Shown here piece by piece: positions 1 to 18,041 of a stretch of DNA of 64,000 nucleotides; positions within the stretch are counted from its first letter, which is position 1; each line of letters opens with the position of its first letter. The stretch is taken from assembly GCA_963714135.1 (NCBI GenBank), contig OY970231.1, positions 3,111,219-3,175,218 of the forward strand. The letters are read 5' to 3'. The notes beneath the pieces are model-generated. The model made no database searches, was not told the DNA's origin, and worked only from the letters and a program-made list of their open reading frames with translations. The stretch is from an uncultured Gammaproteobacteria bacterium (lineage in GTDB: Bacteria > Pseudomonadota > Gammaproteobacteria > Xanthomonadales > Xanthomonadaceae). A program made the translations under genes and the position numbers.

Positions 1-3000
1 AGAATCCAGATCGTGGTGTTGGCGATCGGTGTGCCGATCGAAATAGCCAATTCGGGATGGTGCACACGCCAGACACTGGACCACACGCAAGTTTCGGTGG
101 GGCCGTAGAGATTCCAGACTTCCTTGCTGCGCATCTGCAGCGCCAAGGCCAAATCCTGCGCCAACGGCTCGCCACCGCAGAGCACCTTGAAGTGGCTGCC
201 GCCCATCCAGCCCGCTTCGACCAGCAAGTGCCAGGTCGCGGGTGTTGCCTGCATCAGTGTCGCGCCGCTGTCGCTGAGCAATTGCGCCAGCGCATGGCCG
301 TCGCTGGCGGTTTCACGATCGGCCAACACCACCTCGGCGCCCACGCTCAGCGGCAGCAGCAGTTCCAGCACGGCGATATCGAACGACAAGGTCGTCACCG
401 CCACGAGCTTGTCGCTGGCCTCGATGCCGGGTTGTCGCTGCATTGCGGTGATGAAATTGGCCACGGCCCGATGCGGCACCTGCACGCCCTTGGGTTTGCC
501 GGTCGAACCGGAGGTGTAGATCACATAGGCTACCGATTCGGGTTCGGCGGATTGTTCGTCGCGGCCGATCCTCGCCTCGGACAAGGATTCGATCTGCGCC
601 GACAATATATCCAGCGCCAACACCGGCAAGCCTGGTGTCTCGAAACTTGCAGCATGCGCCGATTGCGTCACCAGCGCGGCAAGGCCGGCGTCGCCGACCA
701 TGAACGCCAAACGCTCCTTCGGGAACGCAGGGTCCAGCGGCACATAGCCAGCGCCGGTCTTGAGGATGCCCAGCAAGGTCGCCAGCATGTCGATGCCGCG
801 ATCGAGCGCCAGTCCGACCAGCGCGCCCTTGCCGATGCCGCGAATGCGCAGCCAGTGGGCGATGCGGTTGGCGCGCGCTTCCAATTGGAAATAGGTCATC
901 GAATGGTTGCCGGCACGCACGGCGATTTGGTTCGGCGTGCGATCGCATTGCCGCTCGAAGTGCTCATGCATCAGGCATTGCCGGTCGAACGGCAGCGGCG
1001 CCGGTTGCAGCGCGGAAATCTCGGCGCGCTCGTTGGCCGCCATGACCTCCAATGCGGCCACCGGCGTGTGCGGATCGGCAGCGACCGATTGCAAAATCGC
1101 CAGATACCGCTGGCGAAGCCGGGAGGCGGTATCGGCCTCGAAGATCTCGCTGTTGTAGATCAACCCGCCCGACAGTCCCTTGTTGTGCGCGAGAAACCAC
1201 AAGCCGATGTCGTCGCTGGCGCCACGCTGGAACAGCATGATGGTCTCGTGCTGCAAATTGCCCCAGCGCGATAGCCGCTGGCGCACGTCCTGGAACGAGA
1301 ACACCGCCTGGTAGATCGGCGAGCGGCTGTAGTCGCGCGGCACTTTCAATTCGTGGACCAGGCGTTCGAACGGTACATCGGGATACGCGAAGGCATCCAT
1401 CACCGCTTCGCGCACGGTCTTGACCAGTTCGACGAACGGCAGGTCGGGATCGATGCGCAAGCGCAGCGGCAGCATGTTGACGAAAAATCCCATGAGCGCT
1501 TCGAGTTCACTCGAATCGCGATTGCGGAACGGAAGGCCGATCACGATCTCACGTTGTCCGCTCATGCGATGCAACAACACGCAATAGGCGGCCAGCAAGG
1601 TCATGAACAAGGTCGCATCGACGTTGCGGCCCACCTCGCCCACCGCATCGCTCAGGTTTTTCTCGACCCGTATCCATTCGGTGCTGCCCATTGCGCCAGT
1701 ACGCGCGGGGCGCGAATGATCCAGCGGCAGATCCAGCGGTTCCAGTTGACCGGCGAGACGTTGTTTCCAGTGTTCGACCTGTGTGCTCAATTCTTCGCCC
1801 TGCACCCAATCCAGATGCCAGGCGGCGAAATCACCATAGTCCACGGCCAGTTCCGGCAACGGCGATGGCTGACGCTCGTGGAAGGCCCCGTACAGCAGAC
1901 CCATCTCCTTGTAGAACAGATCGAACGACCAGCCATCCCAGATGATGTGATGCGGCATGAAGAACATCACATGCTGCTGTTCGGACAAGCGGAACAAACG
2001 GACCCGGAACAACGGACCTTCAGTGAGATTGAATGGCTGGTTGGTCAATTGTTCGAGCCGGCTGGCCAAAACCCGCTCGCGTTCCTGCGCGTCCAGCGCC
2101 GATAGATCCTCGGCCGGGAACAAGGACACCGGCACGTTGTCGAGCACTCGCTGCATCGGTGTTTCGTCATCGACCTCGATGATCGTACGCAGCGTCGCCT
2201 GGCGCCGGACGACTTCACGAAACGCTTGCTCGAAAGCATGTTCGTCCAATTCGCCAGTCAACCGGTGCCCGGACGGCGTGTTGTACACGACCCGGTCGGG
2301 CGAGAGTTGTTCCAAATACCATAGGCGTTGCTGCATCAGCGACAAGGGCGCGCGCTGGCGGTCGGTGCGTGCGCTGACCGGCTTGCGCGATGGTGTTGCC
2401 GCCGTGGATCGCAGGCCGGCAACGGCCTGTGCCAGGCGCGCAACGGTCGGCGCATCGAACAAGGTACGCAGCGACAGCGACACGCCCAGTTCACGATTGA
2501 GCCGCGCGCTCAGTTGCGCGGCCAGCAGCGAATGTCCGCCGAGCGCGAAGAAATCGTCGTCGATGCCGATCTCCGGCAAGCCCAACACCTGCGCCATGGC
2601 CGGGGCGATGGCGCGTTCGAGATCGTTGCGCGGCTCGCCGCCACGGGGCTGGCGCTTGCCATCGGACACCGGTACCGGCAACGCCTTGCGGTCGATCTTG
2701 CCGTTGGGCAGCAGCGGTATCGCATCGAGCGCGACGATGTGCTGCACGATCATGTAATCGGGCAGCGTGTTCCTGAGATGCGCCAGCAGCGCCGCTTCAT
2801 CGACGGCCATGCCGGGCTTGGCCACGACATAGCCGACCAGCCGCACATCGCCCGGGCGATCCTCGCGTGCGATCGCCACGGCACGGGCGACCGACGGATG
2901 GCTGGACAGGGTGTTCTCGATCTCGCCCAGCTCGATGCGGTAACCGCGCACCTTGACCTGGAAATCGAGCCGGCCCAGATGTTCCAGGTTGCCGTCGGCA

Positions 3001-5668
3001 CGCCAGCGGCCGCGATCGCCGGTACGATACAACTTCGGTTCCGGCGATGGTCCAGGCAATTGTCCAGGCGACTGACCGGTTTGGCCGGAAGATCTTTCAC
3101 TGAAGCGATCGGCGATAAAACGCTCGGCGGTCAGTTCCGGCCGCTGCAAATAACCCAGCGCGACGCCCTCGCCGCCGATGCAGATCTCGCCCGGCACGCC
3201 GAGCGGGCACAATTCACCGTTGCCATCGACGATCCACACCCGGGTGTTGGCGATCGGCCAGCCGATGTGGATATCGGGCACATGCTGCGGCGGTGGCGTG
3301 TCTATTCGCGCACAAGTCGACCACACCGTCGTTTCGGTCGGGCCATACAAATTCCAGAGCGACGCACAGCGCGGCAACAAGCGCGCGGCCAAATCCGGCG
3401 CCAATGCCTCGCCGCCGCACAATGCCTTGAACCGCGCATCGCCTGTCCATCCGGCATCGAGCAGCAAACGCCAAGTCGAAGGCGTGGCCTGCATCGCCGT
3501 GGCTTGCGTGCTCGACAGCAAGGCCGCCAATGCATTGCCATCGCCGGCGGTGTCGCGGTCGGCGAGCACCACCTGCGCGCCGACAGTCAATGGCAACAGC
3601 AATTCCAGCACGGCGATGTCGAATGACAAGGTGGTCACTGCGACCAGACGATCGTCCGCGCTCAGGCCCGGTTCCCGGCGCATGCTCTGCAGGAAATTGG
3701 CAACGGCGCGATGCGGCACCTGCACGCCTTTCGGCCGACCGGTCGAGCCCGAGGTGTAGATCACATACGCGGCCGATTCCGGCATCGCGGCATCCGCATC
3801 ACGCTCGATACGTTCGCTGGATGCGACGTCGAGTTCGCTGTCGAGTTCATCGAGCAGCAACACCGGCCGCCCGCGCAAATCGAAATGCGCCGCATGCTTG
3901 CGCTGGGTAATCAGCGCGGCAAGTCCGGCATCGCCGGCCATGTAGCTCAGGCGCTCGGCCGGGAATTGCGGGTCGAGCGGCACATACCCCGCTCCGCTCT
4001 TGAGTACGCCGAGCAAGGCCGCCGGCAGGTCGATGCCGCGATCGAGCGCCAGCCCGACCAGTGCGCCGCGATGTATACCGCGTGCGCGCAGCAGATGGGC
4101 GATGCGATTGGCGCGCGATTCGAGACCGGCGTAGCTCAATGCGAGCGAAACGCAACGCAACGCGATCCGGTCCGGCGTGCGATCGCACTGCCGCTCGAAA
4201 TGCTCGTGCATCCGGCATTGGCGATCGAAGGCGACCGGCGCCGGTTGCAGCGCGGCCAACTCCGCCTGCGCCGCGGCATCGACCCAAGGCAAACGGGCAA
4301 AGGCGGCATCGGGTTGTTCGATGGCCGAGCGCAGCAAAGTTTCGTAAGCAGCCAGCCAGCGGCTCACCGTGGCGGCATCGAACAGATCGCTATTGAACTG
4401 GCATTCCAGCCGCAACTCGCCATGCGCCTGCACGGCGTTGATGAACAACTCGAAGTTCTCGAAGCGGCGCGGGTTGCTGGAAAACTCCAGGGTCAGGCCG
4501 GGGAATCCGGTGCTCTCCAGATCGAGCGCCTGATCGATGTTGAACATCACGTTCACCAGCGGCATCCGGCTCGGGTCGCGCGCAACGCGCAACTTCTTGA
4601 GCAAGGTACCGAAGGTGTAGCGCTGGTGTTCGAGCGCATCGAGCAAGGTCGCCTGCATGTCATCGAGCGCCTGCGCGAACGGCTGAGCCGCATCGATCGC
4701 GCAACGCAGCGGCAGCAGGTTGACGCAATGCCCGACCAGATGATCGTGCCCATCGACCGATTGCCCGGCGGCCGGAATACCGATCACCGTCTCGGCTTGC
4801 CCGGTCAATCGCGACAGCAGCCCGGCGAATCCGGCGAGCAAGGTCGCAAACAGGCTGGCCCCGCGCCGCCCGCCCATGCGCCGGATGGCATTGAGCAAGG
4901 TCGCGTCGAAGATGTGATCGACGCGTTCGGACACAAAGCTGCGTTGCGCCGGCCGTGGCCGGTCGGTCGGCAAATCGAGCACCGGCGCGCCATCGGCAAA
5001 GCGCGACAGCCAATACGCTTCATCGGCGGCGAAGCCCGCACCGTCCGGATGCAGGGCAAGATCGAGCGCGTAATCGGCGAATGCCTCCGCATCCGGCAGC
5101 GCTTGCACTGCGACAGCCTCGCGATTTTGCGCATACAACTGGCCCAGTTCATGCACGATCAGCCACCACGACCAGCCATCGCAAACGATGTGGTGCGCGG
5201 TCAGCATCAACAGATGTTCGTCGCTGGACAAGCGCAGCAGCGCGGCGCGAAACAGAGGGTCGTGTTCGAGCACGAAAGGCGTTTGTACCGCGCTTTGCAA
5301 ATGCGCGTGCAAGGCGGCATCGCGCTCAGTGGCCGGCAATGCCGCCAGGTCGGTCAAGGGCAAGGCGATCTCGCCATGCTCGCGCACGCAGAAGGTTTCG
5401 CCATCGGGGCCGAAACTCGCACGCAAGGCATCGTGTCTTTCCAGCAATGTGCGCAGCGCATCATGCAATGCTTGCGGGTCGAGCTGGCCGCGCAGCCGCA
5501 GCGACACCGATTCGTTGAACGCCAGCGAAGCGTCGCGGCCGAGCTTGTCGGCCAACCAAACTTCGCGCTGCGACTCGGTAGTCGGCACCACGCGCGCCAA
5601 CACGCCGCCCGCGAACGGGTCGTAGTCGATCGCGGTTTGCGTCATGGCGGGAGTGTTGGAGGCGAGGT

Positions 5669-5672
<4 letters not shown>
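1..5672 (-). CDS. Non-ribosomal peptide synthetase, 3'-truncated by the window edge (C-A-PCP-C-A...)
   Basis: Absent from the ORF track because it runs off the window. The minus-strand frame starting at ATG 5672 (ATGA overlap with the upstream stop at 5669-5671) stays open to nt 1, and no minus-strand track ORF uses this frame. My translation gives MNLASNTPAMTQTAIDYDPF...TESQREVWLADKLG. Motifs in order: C domain AHHIVCDGWS; A domain AYVIYTSGSTGRPKGV (about 3715-3760), YRTGDRGRW, NGKIDRKAL; PCP DDFFALGGHSLLA (about 2520-2560); second C MPHHIIWDGWS (about 1930); second A AYVIYTSGSTGKPKGV (about 485-530). The long plus-strand track ORFs here are antisense shadows. Confidence 0.9.
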
Positions 5673-13114
<7,442 letters not shown>

Positions 13115-13160
13115 GGAGTGGGCAACCCCTGGTCAATGACGCATGTGCGCCGCCGCGACC

Positions 13161-14165
13161 TCATGACGGTTCGACCAACGCAAACGCCCCGCACGGGGAC
13201 GCTGCGGGCTTGCCCATGGCATGGCGCACGATCTCGCGCACCCGTTTGCTGCCGATGACGCTGGCATGCAACAGGGAATCGAACAGCGGCGACCGGCCGA
13301 TCGGAGGCGGTGGGAAACCCGCCAACCGCATCAACTCGTGTGTCTTGTGCAACAGCGCATCGCGCCGGGTCGCATCGGTGAAATAGGTAAAGCTCATGGT
13401 GATCGATGGCGCGTCGCCGTTCTCGACCATGTGCGGACTGGTCGATGGTAGGTACGCGCCCTGCCCGGGTTCCAGATCGAACACATGCGCGCGTTCGCGA
13501 AACGCCTCGTTCCAATGCAACAAGTCGCGCTGGTGGCAATGATGAAACCGGTCGCGCGCCTGTTCGCTGGCGACGACGTTGTCGTCCGGGTCCCACACAT
13601 ACACGCGCTTGTTGCCGCGAATCTGCAGGATGAAGTTGTGTTCCTTGTCGAAATGAAACGGCGTTACCGTGCGCGGCGAGGAGACGAAGATCCAGCCGCC
13701 GCGATAGCACATGCCCGGGTCGCGCGACTCGATCAGCGGACGGATGCTGTCGAGCACGGTGCCCACCAGCTCGCGATACAGCGGATCGGTCTGCACATTG
13801 AGCAAGGACATCCAGGCCTTCGCTTCGCCGATCCCGGAAAGCGTCTGGGTCGCCGATCGCCGGTTCGGATGAAGCTGCGGCGCGGCGTTGAACGGCGTGC
13901 CCGCGGTCGCGTCGTTGCTATGGGTGCGGATGCGTCCCTGCACTTCCAGCCGCGCGCCCAGTTCGACCAGACTCGGCAATTGCAGCAACGGGTGATCGCA
14001 CAGCCGATGGCGAACCGCCTGGACGCACCAGGGGTGATACACCGATGCGTCCATGTCGATATACGGTTCATCGGCAAATATGCTTTCGGTACCGGCATTC
14101 GCCGCACGAGGCGCAGCTGCACCGGCCGGGTTTGCGACACCTGTCATTCTCGCTTCATCGTGCAT
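13161..14165 (-). CDS. JmjC/cupin-type Fe(II)/2-oxoglutarate-dependent oxygenase (probable hydroxylase), first gene of the NRPS operon
   Basis: 334-aa ORF. ATG 14165 is preceded by GGAGG. HxD...H facial triad candidates are TPFHFDKEH and STSPHMVENG inside a cupin-like core (WIFVSSPRTVTPFHFD). Lies 46 nt upstream of the megasynthase on the same strand. Confidence 0.7.
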   Translation of the reverse strand: MHDEARMTGVANPAGAAAPRAANAGTESIFADEPYIDMDASVYHPWCVQAVRHRLCDHPLLQLPSLVELGARLEVQGRIRTHSNDATAGTPFNAAPQLHPNRRSATQTLSGIGEAKAWMSLLNVQTDPLYRELVGTVLDSIRPLIESRDPGMCYRGGWIFVSSPRTVTPFHFDKEHNFILQIRGNKRVYVWDPDDNVVASEQARDRFHHCHQRDLLHWNEAFRERAHVFDLEPGQGAYLPSTSPHMVENGDAPSITMSFTYFTDATRRDALLHKTHELMRLAGFPPPPIGRSPLFDSLLHASVIGSKRVREIVRHAMGKPAASPCGAFALVEPS

Positions 14166-14293
14166 ACGCGACCTCCGGATCCCATTGGGTCTAACGTGCC
14201 CATGCCAGCATTACGGCCAATGCCATCGACTCCGGATTCAGGTCGCGCAACCTGCATGAACGCGCGCTAGGATAGGAATGCAAAGGACCTGGC

Positions 14294-14995
14294 ATGGAAC
14301 CGGATTTCACCCAACTTTATTCGCAACTGAACCTTCCACCCGACTGCAGTCTGGAAGAGTTCAAGCGCGCCTATCGACGCCGAATCTCCGAACTGCATCC
14401 AGATCGGCGGGGCTCGATGCCTGCACCTTCGCTGGAAACCCAAAACGTACTGCGCGAACTGATCTCACTCTATGCCGCCGCCATCCGCTTCAACCGACGG
14501 CACGGGCGTCTGCCGGGGGGAACGATGCATGCCGCGACGCCGCCGCGCCCGCCTGTCCCGCTCCGGCAATTTCCCGCCGCCCGATCGCCTCGCCCGGTTG
14601 CCCGGCATGGCCCGGCCATTTCAATCCTGTTGATTGCACTGCTGCTGACATTGCTGCTTTCCTGGTACTGGTCGGTCTCGACGGTGCCGGAAGAAGAAAC
14701 CGCCCTCGTTTCCGAATACACCGGCCCGGTCACCACCGTGGCGATAATCCGTAGCCAGCTCGAAGTGGGAATGGACAAGGACACGGTTCTTGCCATCCAG
14801 GGCGAGCCCGTGCACAAGAACGACACCGAATGGGATTACGGGCCTTCCTGGCTGCGCTTCGAGCAAGGGCGCCTGATCGATTGGTACAGCTCGCCGCTTT
14901 ACCGGCTCAAGACCACCACTCCATCGGCGCAACCGAAAGCCGCCACCAGCCTGCTGCAAAACCCGTCTCAACCAGTCACGCCTTCGAAAAAATGA
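14294..14995 (+). CDS. J-domain (DnaJ-like) membrane protein with a C-terminal BamE/SmpA-OmlA-like domain
   Basis: N-terminal J domain with HPD (FKRAYRRRISELHPDRRG). Pro/Arg-rich linker. One TM helix (ISILLIALLLTLLLSWYW). C-terminal LEVGMDKDTVLAIQGEPV...WDYGPSWLRFEQGRLIDWY resembles the BamE fold signature. Confidence 0.75.
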   Translation: MEPDFTQLYSQLNLPPDCSLEEFKRAYRRRISELHPDRRGSMPAPSLETQNVLRELISLYAAAIRFNRRHGRLPGGTMHAATPPRPPVPLRQFPAARSPRPVARHGPAISILLIALLLTLLLSWYWSVSTVPEEETALVSEYTGPVTTVAIIRSQLEVGMDKDTVLAIQGEPVHKNDTEWDYGPSWLRFEQGRLIDWYSSPLYRLKTTTPSAQPKAATSLLQNPSQPVTPSKK

Positions 14996-15171
14996 CCCGC
15001 GCGTCGACAGGCAGCGGGAGCATCCGATCGCACGATCGTTTCGGCTCGCCTTGCATCGATTCGTCGGGCCATGCCTTGATCCGCGGCATGGGCACACAGC
15101 GCGCGCACGACAACCCGTGTTCAACCATTCGACATCGATGATAGGCACGGCTGCCCTCATGGATCGGCCAC

Positions 15172-16566
15172 TCAACGCGCACCACGCCCGAACAACACCA
15201 CTTCCACCGTCTGGACCATGATCATTAGATCCAGGATCAAGCCGTGGTTCTTGACGTAGAACAAATCGAACTTCAATTTTTCCTCGGCATCGCGCACCGA
15301 CGCGCCGTACGGATAGCGCAGTTGCGCCCAGCCGGTCAGGCCGGGTTTGACGCTGTGGCGGATGTCGTAATAGCGGATCTCCTGGCTGAGCATGTCCACG
15401 AACTGCGGACGCTCGGGGCGCGGCCCGACGAAGCTCATATGCCCGCGCAACACATTGAACAATTGCGGCAGCTCGTCCAGCCGCGTCTTCCGGATGAAGC
15501 GGCCGACCCGTGTACTGCGGTCGTCGTCGGCATTGGCCCAGCGTGCGACGCCATCCTTCTCGGCATCCACGCGCATGCTGCGGAACTTCACCAGCTCGAA
15601 ACTCTTGCCACCCTGCCCCACGCGCGTCTGCCGGTAAAGAATCGGCGAGCCCGATTCCAGCCACACGCAGAGCGCCACCACCAGCATCACCGGCCAGGCC
15701 ACCAGCAACAGGGCCGAGGCCGCGACCAGATCGAAGAACCGCTTGCTCAGGCGGCGCGGAATGGAGTGATCGAAACCGCCGGAAAACACCAGCCAGGACG
15801 GATCCACCACATCGACCTTGATCAGGCCCGCTTCGCGCTCGAAAAAACTCGACAGGCAAGTCATCGTCACGCCGCGTTGCACGCAGGCCAGCATGTCCTC
15901 CATCGGCAACCCGCCACGGCGCTCGTCGGGAGCGGCGACGATTTCATACACCTGCAGCCGCGACACCAATTCGAGCAAGCCGTGCTCGGGATACACCAGC
16001 AATTCCTCCGGCACCAGCACCGGCTGATCCGGCAAGGGAACGAAGCCGACCAATTGGAACGACTGGCGATCGGCACGCCGCCGCAAGCGGCTGTTGATGA
16101 GGCTGGCATTGGTGCCGGCGCCCAGCACCAACACCCGCCGCTTGAACGCATCGGTGCTGAACACCTGCTGGAAGATCAGGCGCAAGACCACGATGCCGAA
16201 CAACCCCAGCGCCAGCGCCAGCGTCAGTACACCACGGCCGATGTAGGTCTGCGGCACCAGGTAATAGAGCACCAGCAGGCCGATGCCACCGAAGGCGAAC
16301 GACAGCAGTAAGCGCAGAAAGAAATCGAGCCGGCTCAGGCGCATCTGCACCTGGTACAAGCCAAACGATGCCATGGCCAGGGTGATGAACAAGCCCACCA
16401 GTAGCGAGCGCATTGGCGCGGTCTCGACGAAGATCGAGTGGCCGACCGGATCGTTCATGAAACGTGCCCAGGCCGCTGTCATCACGGCCAGCACCATCAA
16501 TAAAAGCTCCAGCGACCATAGCAACAAGGTCGCACGGCTTTTCCGGCTCGCTATCGAGATAGGCAT
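15172..16566 (-). CDS. Polyprenyl-phosphate glycosyl-1-phosphate transferase (bacterial sugar transferase family, WbaP/EpsB-like)
   Basis: C-terminal phosphoglycosyl-transferase motifs: KFRSM, LDELPQLFNVLRGHMSFVGPRPERP, KPGLTGWAQ. Several N-terminal TM helices. Internal ATG 16566 is preceded by AGGAGAA and is preferred over the track start at 16614. Confidence 0.88.
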   Translation of the reverse strand: MPISIASRKSRATLLLWSLELLLMVLAVMTAAWARFMNDPVGHSIFVETAPMRSLLVGLFITLAMASFGLYQVQMRLSRLDFFLRLLLSFAFGGIGLLVLYYLVPQTYIGRGVLTLALALGLFGIVVLRLIFQQVFSTDAFKRRVLVLGAGTNASLINSRLRRRADRQSFQLVGFVPLPDQPVLVPEELLVYPEHGLLELVSRLQVYEIVAAPDERRGGLPMEDMLACVQRGVTMTCLSSFFEREAGLIKVDVVDPSWLVFSGGFDHSIPRRLSKRFFDLVAASALLLVAWPVMLVVALCVWLESGSPILYRQTRVGQGGKSFELVKFRSMRVDAEKDGVARWANADDDRSTRVGRFIRKTRLDELPQLFNVLRGHMSFVGPRPERPQFVDMLSQEIRYYDIRHSVKPGLTGWAQLRYPYGASVRDAEEKLKFDLFYVKNHGLILDLMIMVQTVEVVLFGRGAR

Positions 16567-16909
16567 GACGCATTCTCCTGTGGCGGGTTCCGGTCCCTGT
16601 TCGATGAGTGCCAAAGCACAAACCGAGCCAAGGACCGCGCGGCGCCAAGAAAGAATTCAAGCGCACCCCGCCCGCTGGCGCCGGCGAAGGGTGATCCGAC
16701 ATTCGACCTGTCCACGTAACCTGTATTGCCAATACTGGAAATCAACGTAAGTCCCTCGTGGTTCGCCTGGCCTAGGGCCATCTGGCAGGAATCCTTGCCT
16801 GGCATCGTTCAGTTCGCAGCTTAAAGTGTTAACTGTGTCACAAAATGACAATTTGCGCCGCCTAACCCTCCGGAATTCTCCGGTCGTCGGCAAGAGGGGA
16901 AAAACCGGC

Positions 16910-17656
16910 TCAGGCGGTGCCTGGAGCCTCGCGATCGTGCGCTGTGCCGGTACTGGCAGGCCGCAACCAGGCATGTGCGACGGGGACACCCACAGGGCCA
17001 GCCACGGCCGCCGTGCAGACTGGGCCAGCATCGAGCATCCGGACATGGATCGACTCGCCATCCTGGGCCGGCAACGGCAGCGGCTCGTTTTCCGGGGCCA
17101 GGAAACTGCTCATCTCATGGGTCAGACCGATACCCGCCGCCTTGAGCATCGCCTCCTTGCGTACCCATAGCGACAACAATGCTTTCTGGCGCTCCGCCTT
17201 GGCGAGTCCGGCCAGAGCCGCCGTTTCGGCGGGGTGGCAGACATGCCCGGCGATTTCCTGCATCGATGAGGCGCGTCCGGCCAATTCGACATCGACCCCG
17301 ACCGGGCCATCGGCGCACACCGCCAACGCGATGAAACCGTCGGCGTGGCTCAGACTGGTCTGCATCCGGCCATCCCTGAGCCGGGGGCAGCCGCGTTCAT
17401 CGCGATAAAGAGGCACTTCCAGCGGTGATGCCTGCAACGCTTCCGCCAGCAACAAGCGATGCATGGCATAAGCCAGTGTCAGCGTCTGGCGATCGTTTAC
17501 CCGGCGCTGGCGTTGCATGCGTTCGGTTTCGGACGAATCGATGAGTGCTTGCGCCTCGATCAACCACGGTTGCCAATGGCGAAGATCGATCAATGCCACC
17601 ACCACCCGGTGATGCGGCAAGGCCCAATCCAGTGCCGGCAAGGACTGGCGAAACAT
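16910..17656 (-). CDS. Sfp-type 4'-phosphopantetheinyl transferase
   Basis: The C-terminal 250 aa of track ORF 16910..18178 carry SLSHADGFIALAV, GVDVE and WVRKEAMLKAAGIGL (W/F-x-x-KE-A-x-x-K). Start is uncertain. ATG 17656 was chosen from length and alignment to Sfp recalled from memory. ATG 17722 and 17758 are also open, and none has a clear SD. Confidence 0.8.
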   Translation of the reverse strand: MFRQSLPALDWALPHHRVVVALIDLRHWQPWLIEAQALIDSSETERMQRQRRVNDRQTLTLAYAMHRLLLAEALQASPLEVPLYRDERGCPRLRDGRMQTSLSHADGFIALAVCADGPVGVDVELAGRASSMQEIAGHVCHPAETAALAGLAKAERQKALLSLWVRKEAMLKAAGIGLTHEMSSFLAPENEPLPLPAQDGESIHVRMLDAGPVCTAAVAGPVGVPVAHAWLRPASTGTAHDREAPGTA

Positions 17657-18041
17657 CGAGCGCAAATCGCTATCGTGCCTGCCACTGCCTGCGCCACCAC
17701 GGCTGGAGATGAGCCCTGGCATCCGACTTGCTGATGTTGAATCCGACGACATTTCCATCCGATTGCATAAAACGCATGCTGTAGTGTTAATCAACGGAGG
17801 CGTCGCTCGAAAGCGGACAATCCCTGCCGAATTCCGCTTGCCATCATGATTCGTTGAGGAATGATTCAGCGGATGGACAGTTGCTGCGATATTGCACCAA
17901 ACGAGCGCCTGCATTTGCGGCATAAAGAAACGCTCTGTAACAGTCTCGTTCTTCCTTCGCCGGACGTGTCCTCGTCGAACGCGTCCCATGTGGGTTTCCA
18001 ACCGCGTTCGCACCAAGACACGCAACGCAACGAGGATAGCG

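Noticed and set aside
14621-15859. 412-aa minus-strand ORF
   Set aside because: It runs antisense through the J-domain gene and out of frame through the sugar-transferase gene. It is Arg/Gly/Ala-rich with no motifs.
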